Source: Perna viridis | Taxonomy: Eukaryota | Length of the DNA: 64,000 bases | Direction of reading: 5' to 3' | Assembly: GCA_037379345.1 (NCBI GenBank) | Contig: CM074512.1 | Span: forward strand, 59,045,597 to 59,109,596 | Shown: positions 13,036-26,800 of the stretch, piece after piece | Layout: every line of letters begins with the position of its first letter | Numbering within the stretch: position 1 is the first letter of the stretch | Notes under the pieces: generated by a model | Told to the model about the DNA's origin: nothing | Seen by the model: the letters and a program-made list of their open reading frames with translations, nothing else | Database searches by the model: none | Position numbers and translations under genes: made by a program

Positions 13036-14789
13036 ACAAAAAGGGTTACTAAAAATTCTAAAATTATTGTAATGTTTTTAAATATTGTAAAAAATGCAAT
13101 TAACTTTTAATTGTAATAACAAAAACTAACATAATGGATATGGGTTTTTGCAATAATTTCCAGATGTCTGAAAGTAATGATTGTCAACATCACATCAAAT
13201 TCCATAAAATTGATAATAAATTGTAGTTCATATAATAGATGCTTTTTGTATGAAGTAATGACAGCCTTAAATATAGTGTTATTGAACAAATTTAGCTTTG
13301 CATGACTTGAGAAACAAGCAGACTTTTAAAATTTGGATATAGTTACAGCTTTAATACTTCAAGAAACAAAATTTAAGAATAAATATTAATACTGTAATCA
13401 AAATCACTTCTTGGAGAGGGGAGGGGGTGTAACAGGTAAATACAGCAAGTTTTTTACACAATTCAAAAGGTATGTACAGAATTTATACAACAATAGTGAG
13501 AAGCCACATCTATATACAGACTGAAATTTACAGCATATGGCACCAGTAATTTATACAGATAAAATTTTATTCAGGCTTATTTACACTGTATCTAAAATGT
13601 ATGAAAGATAAAACAACACTTCATGCTTATCAAGGGCGAAACATGACATACATCTAACTTAAAATTCAAGGGACACAACTTTATTCATCATTAATTACCT
13701 GACAAATATACATATTGAGCACTAATGGCTTGTTGCTACAGTTTTGAATTTCAAAATTGTTATTTAGTCAATGGAATAAACATGAAAATAAGTGACAAAT
13801 AATTTTAAAAAAGAATCCATGGTAAATTATGTTTATGCAGCAAGCAAACAAGAATGATATAAGTTGACTAGCTCAGTATATAATTGACAATTATGAGCTG
13901 CTTATTCTATCTGCTTAATGAAGTGTCCCTTGCATGTAATTTTCTGTCATGATAAAATACCACTGACATTAAATTACTTTTAACAAGTATGTATATTTGC
14001 TCTTAGATCCAAGAAGCTATACATGTTTAAAAAGGAAAGAACAGAACTTGATATCTAATGAGCTGGAAAATGGTTTAGAAGAATGTAATTGAAGATATGA
14101 GCAATAACATTACATCATATGATTGGGTAGATAAATGTTTGAGGTTCTAGAGTGCAAATCATTCTGAACAAACAAAATTAAATAACTTAAAACTGAGCAT
14201 CAAAAGATTAACTACTGATTGTGAACTATTAAATGAAGGATGAGAAATCATGTTTATTTCCATTGTCTGGATACCCTGAAGCTTTAACTCAGTCCTCCTT
14301 ACAATGATGAGGCAAGACTAAACAGAAGATAAAATAAAACATATATGGACTAATACAGTCAGCACTTTATAGGTTGAAGCTTGTGAGCCATACCATGTAC
14401 TGAACCCTATCTTTCCTTCAGTAATCTTAGTGGTGATCAGGAATGAAGAAAAGCTTTTTTGAAATATGAATACCGATATTTGGATCACAGCAAATAATAA
14501 CTTTATATGACACTACTAGCCTTCCATACCATCTTACAGTTAGAACCAGTAAATGATGACAGGGTTATAATGGAGCTAAATAAAATATCAATGCATGAAG
14601 AACAGACAGAATAGATATGTTTAGAACAAGGAATAGAAGTACTGGCATCAGAATTGTGGACATGGTTGTTCTGTTAACTCAGGCTTCGCAAACAGTCACT
14701 TTACTAACTCCATTCATGGCTTTACTATGTATATATATCCACTAATTCACCATCTTGAGCAAACTTCTAGCAAAGTTAGAATCATTGCC

Positions 14790-14877
14790 TCAGAACATAT
14801 TTTCATGCCCAGCCAGCACATACAGGTTGGAATTGGCATTTGGATCATCTGTCGGTCGACTTTCTAATACTATTACT
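14790..14877 (-). CDS. MAP4K3/MAP4K5: MAP4K last coding exon: [29 protein letters not shown]
   Basis: cag acceptor, TGA stop, conserved C-terminus. Confidence 0.95.
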
Positions 14878-17800
14878 CTGAAAGAATAAATTTTTGTAAA
14901 AATAAACTACTAAATTATTCAAGTTAATCTTCTTACACAATTGAAGTTTAGCACTTGAATTCATACAATTTACCATTTATTATGACACGATGTGCAAAGT
15001 TTATTTTTTTATGATAAATTATAAATTACCAAATTTGCATTTCATAGTCTTCCCAGACTCAGAATAAACGAGGTCTATTAAATATTTTATAATGTGGACA
15101 GTTTATCCCCGGGACTGATGATCTTCTCTGAAAACTGAATCCTAAGTAACCAAGGTGACATGACAACAAATATATCAAATATCAAAAGATAATGGTTTGA
15201 TAACTATAGAAATCAATAAAAAAAGGACAAAATTCTATTCTTCATGACAACACAATGCCCCATAAAAACAAAGATATATTTAGTTATAGGAAAGAGTCAA
15301 GTTTCTATTTGACATAAGGAAAAGATAAGAGAGCTTGATTAATACATGTTTTATTTATAAATAAATAAACATTAATCACTGATAAAGGGGAGCTTGGGGA
15401 AAATCAGAAATAAAACAGACTAAAATACTATGCAAGGATCAGCTTGATGTGACTGCATAAATTGAATCTGAATAGAGGGAGTATGGACAAAACATTCAAG
15501 CTTAATGCATCTTTGAATTTATATAGTGATTAAATTTTTTGGCTAAGCATGGGTTAATGACATCAAGTGAATGTGGTAAAAAAAAAAATAAAAATTGAAC
15601 ATTAACATATTATGATGAAGGGACTGTATTAAGGAAAAAAAAAAGCATATTCATGATGACCAGGAATAAAATGACTACAGTGAATGGATCTGTTTTAAAT
15701 TATACAGCAAAGTCAATATAAATACTTGTGCTTGTATTTTAGTGCAATGTCTTTTGATTGTGAGTTGTTGTCTTGGCACCTAAACCCTTTAAATTCCAGG
15801 TCATTAAAACGTACAGAGAAAATGGATAAAAATGAAATATGCTCCATAAACCACACTGTGACAGCTTGATACAAATGTTGAGGTAGAACCTAGAATACTT
15901 TGGGCAATTTTATACACAGCATTTAAGCTTGATACAGCTCTAAATAAACAAATATAGCTTCAAAGAGTAATCAAGGCAACCAAGATTCTAGCTGAAATCA
16001 AAAGAATTTAATCCAGGGACAAAGACCAGACATGGAAAACAGACAAAAACAACAAAGAACATAAAGTAACCAAAATGATACACACAAAGTATCAAAATTA
16101 ATGAGCACTCATACTCAACTACAAACTAGGAGCATGGACCAGGTGCACCGGAAGGGTAAGCACCCTCTGCTTATCAAGAAACACCCACCGAGCTGCTCAT
16201 AAAAAGTTAAGTCCGGGGTAAGACGAAAGAGGAAAGGAAAACTATGACAAGTTGAATAAATCAGTGTTCATGGTGCAGATGGATACACCGTACTGATCCA
16301 TGAGTTCATGATGATGACCATAAAATTTCTGTATTGATGACTTAAATCTTGTAGCAACATAACCCTGTTCCAAAAGCCTAATTGTAAGAAGTCTAGCGCG
16401 ATACAAAAAGTCTGCGTAGTTACGGCAAGCTCTGGCATAACGTATGAGTTGTGATATGAAAACTCCATAAGCAGGTGTTGAAGGGATGTTGACAATTCTG
16501 AATGAAAAATCATCACATTTGTCTTAAAGTTTGGTCAACAGTTTTTCTTTACCATCGATCTCTAAGTGTGTAGGTCAAGATATGAGGGCGACTTCATGGT
16601 GTCTGTAGTATCCCCTACCTCAAGTTCTTAGGGATAGACGTGATGTATCAAATCACAGAAACTAGGATTGTTTTAAAAATAATACCTCATCTATATAGCG
16701 GAAATTGAGAAGAAAGGATCTAGCTAAAAGCTCCCGCTTCCATTATGGTTCTTTATATGGTATACTTCTACCCAAATGGGCAGCATACAATTGCCACCAG
16801 TCAAAACCATTTCTTTCAGATCAGATCGGCTAAAAAGTCAGCCTCACAAGAATGATGGAATAGGTCAGCAAGTAGAGGAGCACAATTTGTTCCCATTGGA
16901 ATGCTAATTGTTTGTTTAAAAAGAAAACCCAAAAAAACCTGTCCACCACACTGGACAAATATGTATGTGAAAACATCTTCCTCTGTATATCTGAAAGATG
17001 ATCTGGAAATATTTTTTACAAAGAATGAGGAATCTCTACCAAGAACTATATATTTGTATCCAGGTGTACCATCTTTTTTGGAGAAACAATTATGTATAAT
17101 GTTTTTAAGTCAGGATTTTAACAGAATATGGGGAATAGAAGTATAAAATGTTGAAAAAATCAAATATTTTAATGCTATTATATTCTGATAATAATCTTGA
17201 ATTGAGGGTCTCCAGAAGATCTTTCGAATTTTTCAGGATCCACATTGAATTAATACCACTACGGGAGTAACAAGTGTTGTGGTAGGACTGGAGACCCCCT
17301 TTGACAGCTGTGAGTATAGAAGTTAAAAGTTTTGAAAGAGGTTTGGTGGTAAATTTTGCAGATCCAGCTTTGTAATGTTGTTTGTATGGATTCTTGTGGA
17401 GTTTAGGAATCCAGTACATAGACGTTAAATCATTATCATCATCTTTGGCAGAGAGACCAAAAGAAGACAGCACAGATTTATGGTTATCCACTATCTCTTC
17501 TTTGGAGAGTGTAGTGGCAGTATAGGTCTTATCACTTTTATTATTATCTACATCTACCTTTGATAATAAACATTGAATGTAATACGTTTTGCAGACAAAA
17601 ACAATGTTGTTTTGGGCTTTGTCTACTGGTACGACAACAAAGTTGTCATGTATAGAAGACAATGTTTTTGCTACATCGGGGTCTTTGAAAACTGATGTAG
17701 CATTGACACTCATTGACCTACTTAAAATTTTCATTTGTTTCAAAACTAAAGACCTCCAAGACTTTACCAACTCTGACAGAGAATCAATGTCTTCTTGTTC

Positions 17801-20800
17801 TTGTTTTATCAGTTTTCTTGCATAGTCCTCCATGACATCCATAAGAACTTTAAAGTTATAATTCCAATTTATATAGCATGTTCACAGTACTTGGGACCTT
17901 TAGAAAGGACCTTACACAGAGATTCGTTTTGGATGATGCTTAAATCTCCTGTAACAACATGACCAGAAGGACCATATTTGAAAGGTAAGTTTTTGCAAGA
18001 ACAGTCAGGTGGTTTAGCCGCCTTGAAGTCCTCAATCTTGAGGTTCTGCATAACCTTTTATAATTGAAAATTTTGGATGCAATTGCTGAAGTATAGAAAT
18101 ATGAAATAATCGGTATTGATTTGTCCTAGAAATATGGGGGAATTTTGTTTGTTACGTTTTGTGATGGAGGATGTTAGCCAAATTAATTGCATCTATACCT
18201 ATATTTAAAGTAAGTCTAATACACAGAGTGTTGGTATTTTATGATGCCAACCTCCATTTAGTGATATGCAACTGCAAAAACAACGACACCATACTATTAA
18301 AAAAAAGGATTAAACTATTCACAAACATGACTTAAACCAGAAATATTTTCATAAATCTCCTATACTTAAGGACATTTAGAATAAATACCCATAAAATTTT
18401 AATTGTTGGATGTGTATAAAAGATTCATACAAAACAGTGGTAAAAATACATTATCATCATCAGAAATAACATTAAATCGTAGTTTTAATGTGATGAAACT
18501 GTAATATGATAGCAGAATTATTGTCACAACAAGATTGAAAGCAATATTATAGGATTTTGTTTACAATCTAACAATCTATCAATTCATATCATATTTCATT
18601 TTCCCTAAAAAAAAAAAACCCAAAAAAACAGTTGTTTACTAAGCTATTAATTCCAGGAACAGGGTGTGAGTGTTTAAAACAGTAAAAACACTGACAATTT
18701 TCATGCCAAAAAAAACTGACGAGATTTAAACTGTTCAGACTGATGTGCATTGATAACATTGTAGATGGATATCTTGGTACCGGATCATAAGGTCTTACTG
18801 AAATTAAATCCAAAAATACCATATACCAAATATAATACAATGGTAATGGTTATTAAATGGCACTTTTGTGTTGGTAATAGCATTTAATTAGTACTGTTTA
18901 TGGACTTGGTTTATAGAGTGGGTTTAAGTTAGTACATAAAAAATCATGCAGGGATGTTCTGGTGAAAAAATGAGCAATGCTCAATAGGACACAGAAACTT
19001 AACTGTGTCTACTTCAGGCAAAATGGAATGCCCTAATCTTTTGCCTGAAATAGACACTTGGTTCAGAGAATGCTTAAAACTATCGAAGTTCCAAAACTTC
19101 TAGAAAATTTGTTAAAGAAAAATAGTGGTGTAGTATGCACAACTACCCATCATTAAAACATTCTAAAAAAATATAAAAGTGAATCATCCAGCAGTTTCAA
19201 ATGTAATGCATTCTTAAGGCCCCCTATTTTTGAGAAGCCTTGAAAAAAGAAAGGAAAGAGAATAAGTCCCATAACTCTTTATATTTCCTAATACAAAATG
19301 AATGTATAGTATGCACACCTACACTTCACAAAAGTATACAGAAAGAATTGAGAGAGTGGTTTCAAAAGAGAGACACCTACAAGGTTTTCTATGATAAAGA
19401 ACTGTTACTTAAAAAAGTACCATCAATACTTTGTCAAATCATCAGTTTGTTATGCACATCTACAGTTACAATACATCCTACAAAATATGGAAGTAATGAA
19501 CAAAGCAGATTTCAGAGAAGACAGGTCCATAAGGTCTATAATGATAAATCTTAAAAATAATTTAAATTAATAAAGTAAGTAATACCAACAAAACTTGTCA
19601 GATCAAAATAGTGATATAATAAGCACATAATCAACATACACTTCATAATAATACATCCTACAAAGTATGGAAGGAATATAAAATGCAGTTTCAGAGAAGA
19701 TATGTACAAAAGGTCTTCAATGATTGAGAAATCTTGAGTCTAAGTAAAAAGAGTAAGTCCCACAGTTCCTCCACAACTTGTGGCATGATTTGCTCATCTA
19801 CACTTCATCATGAATTTGAAAAGGAACCCAGACTGATCTTAGTGGAGATTCACATTCACAAAGTTTTCCATGACTGAGAAATGTAGAAAAGCCCTAACCC
19901 TCCAATAAACTTGGCAGAATCTAATTGGGGTTATACTATGAACAGCTACACTTCATAACAATTAACCTAATACAGAAGGAATATGAAAAGCATTTTCAGA
20001 GGAGACACAGTCACAAGACCTTTTGGATAGACAGGATACCATTACAATGTCCATCTGTTGCTTAATGGCAAGGAGCTTTAACAAGGAAATCCACCAACAG
20101 TTCCTGAAATCTGACCACAAATAAGAGAGAGAGAGTGAAACAGACAGACAAAGACAATTACAAAATCCCAGTCACTTTGATGCAGGGGGTAAAATCACAT
20201 CAAATTTGAGAGGGGTTTATTTGGACTAAAACTTAAAAATTAAAATTTGACTAAATGTAATCTTGTCTTCAAATCAAATTAGGTGAGTAATGTTAACAGC
20301 TTCAAAATCAATTCCTGAGTTTACATTAATTTTCAACTGAGAAGAGAATTTTATGTTGTTTTTTTTTTGTTTTTCTAAATACATGTAACGTCATTTTCAA
20401 TTTGAATCAGAACAATTCTTAAAAGGAAACCCAAATAAATATTGAACTGACTAGTATTTATAGATCAACAATAGCCACCCAACCAAATATTTCATGGTAA
20501 ATTAAATGCAGGTGAAAAACTATATTATATACTGTATTATCCTCACTTGAGAGTTAAAATATTGGAAGTACAGATAATTAACTATTCTACATCAGACGAT
20601 ATGGCATGATTTTTCTGTCATGCGCTGGGAGTTTGTGCGACACACCCAACAAGCAGGTAGAAACAAGAATTTTAATTTGTACACAGAACAATTTCCTCTT
20701 AAAAAAAGGCAAAATCAATTACTGTAAACGTATGAATATTTTGCGGTTGCTAATTTACACATATTCTGTCAATTGAACATATTCGCAGGTATCAATTTTC

Positions 20801-23800
20801 ACAGTTTCAAAAAATGATAAGTGTTCTAGTGTTAAAACTAAATTTTGCTGGTACAATTTTTTGCACTTTTCTGACCACCTTGAAAATTAGTTTACCATGA
20901 AAATTAATACTTTTACAGTATATAAAAGATTCCATCAAGAGTTCTTGACAATCATGTTTTTAAAAATTGCTCTGTCTTCATCCTATTGAAAAAAAAAAAA
21001 CAACAAATAAATAAACTATATGAAAAGAGAGAATACAGTGTCATACATACCTATCAGAACCAAGTAACCTAAATTTTCTACTTTTATCACAGATCTCTTG
21101 AGTTACCTATAATAAAAAATAAATGATGCATGCATATTAGGGAAATAAGCAAAAATGACTCTAAGAAAGTTATCATCATAAAAATTCCATCTGTTGGTAA
21201 GACTAACACAAAAATTAGCTTAAGACATGTTGCTGAAACAAGAATCTTATTTTATCCTGTGATATTTTTCATGAAAATCTTGTTTACTCAATTGAATTTC
21301 TTTCATACATCTATATACAGATTGCATGGTTTGGATTTTTAGATGTTGTACTTTCATGCATCTTCAAATTAATCCTTAGCTTTCAGAGTTATGTGTTACA
21401 AGAAGAATAATCTAAAACACTTCTAAGTGAAAAGGACTCACCTCATTGGCTTTAAAACTTCTGCCTTGCATACCATGCTTATGGAAAGCTAAGACACTGT
21501 CTTGCAAACAAACTGAAAATACAGAAATCGTTGTTTAAGCTTCAGAAAGAACAAACAAAAAAATCAAAATAATCTTTTTATTATCAGGAAGTGTATTTTA
21601 TAATCATAGCCAACTGAGCTGGAGTAGGAAAAGGTTACAGGGGAAACCATATTTCTTATGTGATGAAAGCCAGCATAATTGACACAATACATATTGCTTT
21701 AATAAAACCTGATAGGGTTCTGTCATAATTCTCTGGAACTTGGTTCATTTGAAGGGCTTTCGTCAAGTTGTGCAATAGAGGAGGAGCAAAAACAGTTATA
21801 ACGCCAATGGATTTAAGAAATAGACAGGACAGACTGAATAGAATACCCACACAACTTAGTGCATGGAGTATAATTATGGACTAGAATTTATTGAAGGATT
21901 TTATCTCACAAAGAAGGATATCAAATACAGAAATAACTACTTTATTGAAGGATTTTATCTCACAAAGAAGGATATCAAATACAGAAATAACTACAAGTAA
22001 TACACCATGCACTAAAGTGTAAACTATCTAAAATTACATAAACTGAACAAAGAGAAACAAAGCTGCCTTTATTCTATAGTAGGATGTTGTGATGTATTAT
22101 ACAATTAAAAGTGGAAACTTGATATTTTATTTCTCAAATTGATGGGATTTAAAATTCTAATCATCCAATTTTTGGCATCAAGAATTTTGACCCATTTACA
22201 AAATACATTAAAATACTAACAGCTTCACTATTTACATCAAAAACTTTTGACAGAACAATGACCGCATCGGCCCTAAGTATTCTGACATACATACACTCAC
22301 AACAAAGACCACTAGAACATCAATCCCCCACCAACTGAAGCCATAGTGTACCAACCAAATAATAAAGATCTTAGTTATAGTAATATTAGGAGGGAATTTA
22401 GTCCAAACAATAATGATGCTAAACCTAATAGAGCATGAATAATTTTACAGCTTCCTTTAATGGAAAATCATCACTCCATAACCATTTATTAGGTGAAGCT
22501 TCTAGTTTCTATCAACCCTGAAAATAGCTGATGGATAGAGCTATCTTAAGTTGGTCTGCTGATGACCTCAGTGGTTTATTAAGTTTTATTGGATGATTTT
22601 ATTGATTTTCACCCAATCTACTTAATGACAATGATTCAGCATTTTCTCCTACAGCTAGAATCTAGGATGATTTGTTTATGTAAACATCATTTATTCCTAT
22701 GCAGTAACTATTACCTCTTTTTACTGAACACTTTGTATGTTAGCTGCTTCAGGACATAGGTTTTCTACTCCAGTGAACATGATGAAACAATTTATTCTGT
22801 TTGTAGGAACAAATAGAAAGTGTATCCATGCATTATAAATGCCAATTATTTGACCTCTAAGTTATTACAGCAAACTAGCTTTCACTTAGGGAAAAAATTA
22901 AATGAAGTATTTCCAATCCTGAATAGAGAATTAACTGAAATAGCCACACAATTTTCTCTTGAAAAAAAAAATATTATTCAAACCTGGAATTATTTTGAAA
23001 TTTAGAAAATGACCAAAAAAATAATTTGTAAACTATCCCTTAGACGGAAAGGAAAACTTACTAACCCCTTAGTCATTGATAGCATGACTAACCCCCCTTT
23101 GTAGGGGTAAGTTTTACAAATTAATTTTTTTAATTTTTCAAATTCAAATAATACCCTGTTTGAACAATTGTAAGCATAAATGATTGGTAAGAATTTAATA
23201 AATTCTGCTGAAATTTAAATAGGGATCACACAAGTGAGATGTTTTTTCCCCATGTTTTCAACATACAAACCATTTCCAATCAAGATTTGAACAGAAAAAG
23301 CCCAGTACCCCTTGCAGCAATTGTTTTCAATATGTGTTAAAATTTCTTAAAGATGCACTTTACAGGTCTTGACAATTGTGTCCCTCCAGTGATTAAAAAT
23401 AGAATGGGGTTAAAGCAGTATACATTTATTGGTTAGGAACAGTTTGTTTGTTTGTTGGGGTTTAACGTCCGAGCAGCAATATTTCAGCTATATTCAGACG
23501 ATGAACATGAAATTGATGATAAAATGAACATGAAATGATGATGAAATGAAAAAGGGATGGGACACAAGGACAATGGGGTCAACAAATTTTGATTGCCACT
23601 GGAAATAGGGAGAGATGGGTAGGGTCAGGCAATTTAGCCTCCTGTGGCAGAGCCGTATGGTTCCTGGTCCGGGAGAATACCACAGTAGGGTTCTTTAACG
23701 TGCAAGGAACGTGGCATCTTTCCCAACACGGTGCACCACTATGGTTTGCGGTCAGGTTTTCCGTACTATAGCCCGACAACCCCAGCATACAACACGCCAG

Positions 23801-26800
23801 GGGTACCCCATTCCACCACCTGGGGCACACATCCCAGTTGCTCTGTGGGCAGAGCGCGCTAGCCCCCGGCTAGGGTTCTGAGCACTATTTAGTCGCCTTT
23901 TACGACAAGCTTAGTGCTGCTGCAGGCCTGTTCTTTTAACACCCGGACCTGCACGGGGCATTTGTTAGGAACAAAGAATAACTATAATCCATTCTGCTCA
24001 ATACTGGACAATGAGTACAAATAGGGTAAACAAGGGAATCATTGAATCCTTGCATGTCCCTAACAGATTTGTATAGAAATTCTCATATCTAATTAATATC
24101 TGACATATAAGGAAAAAGCTTGGTTCACATGGCGTAGCACAGAAGACATAAAAAACTCCCATGATAAATGACAGACTTACATTTGATGTTTTGCATGTGA
24201 GTAATTACAAGTTTTGATTAAAGATTTTACCCATAGATCAATAATGCAACTGTATGCAGCATCATTCTCAATACAAAATGAAATAAATTATTGAACATTC
24301 TTTTTTTCAATTACGCTGATTCATGCCATTTATGACCCCATATAAAGAAAATTGATAATTTCTAATGCCTAAATATTATCAACCTTGGCTATTTATCTGT
24401 AAAGAAATGGTTTTATAATCTGATATTTTATTAATATAATTTACACCAATTGGAACAGCAATGTCAAACTTCATAAATTTCATTTGTGAAATAGTTTTTT
24501 TTAAACCCATTTCTTCCCATAAACAATCAATAATGTAAATTTGATCAGTTAAAAATCAAACATCATTAAATTTCAGTTATTATCCTTGAACTAATTGAAT
24601 ATGTTAATAGACCATTCATCTGATCAAACCACGACCCTGAAATACCACAGCACCATGTATCCGATATCAGGTAGTTTATATACATTCAATGAATATCTAC
24701 CCTACCAGGATGTGAGGGACCCAGACAATAAGACTAGTGTATGGAGACATTAAATATTGCACTGTAAATAATAACACCTCATTTTTATTCATGTACCTGA
24801 AGTAATAATTGTTTACTTCTATCCAAAAAATCCCAAATAACTCTCCTAACATCATAAAAAGGAATAACTATAAAAAATAAATTAATTTTGTAATGCAACT
24901 GCATCGTTTGCATTTTAATACTTTATGGAATAACAGATGAAATATTTATAGCTAACACAATTCTTACTTCTTTTCAACATGAAACAGTGTAATGGATAAA
25001 AACAATCCAAAAAAGAAAAAGAAAAAAAACCAAAAACCAAAAAAAAAAAAAAACAAAACAAAACAAAACAAGAGGCTCCCAGGAGCCTGAATCACTCACC
25101 TGGTTGAATTTTGCCTTTCAAGGGCAATAAATTAAACAAGTTAATTGACTTTAATAGGACTTATCATAAGGATTATTTCTGTAAATGAAAGTCTAAATCT
25201 ATCATAGTTTTCAAGACATTGGCTGAAAACTGTAAAAAAAAACAACAAAAAACCTGTCATTTTCCCCTGTCAAGGGCAATAACTCTTATAAGAAAGCATC
25301 TGACAAATTTCATGCCTGAAGACTTTTGTAGTCCTAAAAATAAGGACCATTTCAGCTACTGAAAGAATTTGGCTAAACCATATGCGAAAAACTACTGTCT
25401 GACCCCTATGTTCTATTTTTAGTAATGGCAGCCATGTTTTTTGACGGATCAAAAATCCCCACATCAGGTCTATACAGCATACCCCGAGGAACATTCATAC
25501 CAAGTTTGGTTTCAATTGGTCAAGTAGTTCAGAGGAGAAGAGTTTTGAAAAATTGTTAATGACAATGACGGACTCTAAGAGATGGCAATAGCTCACGTGG
25601 CCTTTGGCCAGGTGAGCCAAAAACTTATGTTAAAAAACTACTAACAGTAAACTATTTATGAGAAGGGTGGACATTGTTATAATTTCCAGTATTTTAAACT
25701 GGAAGGCCATCGACTCTATTATACTGTGATAGCATGACCTTTGACAGAGTCTTATTATACAGAACCAGCATGTAAATGTTCCTCCATTTCAGTCCACTTA
25801 ACTGTCACTAATTTCATGGTGGATACTAATTTAAATTCGATCACAATGTGAGCTGAGGCAAACATTAATTCTAAATTGAGTTCAAGCTTTATCATCCAGA
25901 TGTTAAGCATGTTTATTTTGTAGATACTGATTAAGAAAGATCATAAGTGGCTTAAAGTACTGGACTTGATACCACAATGACTTCCCAGACAGTATCCAGG
26001 AACAAACTGTTCCTCAGTACATTGTTCTATATACAATCTCTTAATTTAAAATTATAAAAAATATAATCAATCATAAATTACAATAAACCTAAAATATATA
26101 AAATAGCCACCAATTTTAAAGAAGATCCATCTACAAGCTGAAAATAATCTAAGTCCTGCTATAAAATTGGTCAAATCAGAACAGTGAAAAAGTATGAACA
26201 TCTAGATACACTTCATACGAACAAATTTCAAAGGAATCTGACTGTGGATTTCAGTAAAAATATGACCATTACGTAGATGTGACTACTAAGTTCCTATTCC
26301 TATGTCCTCATATCACTTTGTGGCAAGGGTACAAACAATATACATTTGTATATGAGGTTATTCATTCCCTTATTATACCACCTGTCTTGCTACCCAAACT
26401 ACACCCATACCTGCCAACTTAAACGATTTGTCAATAAATTTTTCTCCATAAACCCTATTTTGTCAAAATAACGTACATAATTCTGAATTCAAACCCCTAA
26501 ATTTGTGTTTTAAATCTCATTTCTTTGATTAGAAAAATTATAAATCTGACAAATGGTGTTAATTTCTGGTTACAATAGCACAATTATGTCTCCTCAGCCA
26601 GATCTTTACCCCAAAATGCAGCCCAGTGGAAAATACAGAAACATTCACGATTGATGGATAATAAAAAAGATATTTTCATGAAAAAAATTGTATGAATAGT
26701 AAGGAACCAAAAGTATCGAATCTGAAAAGTAGCAGCCCATATATGTGTATTTTATGGGGCACTTCAGGCTTAGGGTGGCTACTGAAAAATTGATGTTTGA

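Noticed and set aside
26407-26420. CATACCTGCCAAC TIR-like end
   Set aside because: No matching opposite terminus found.
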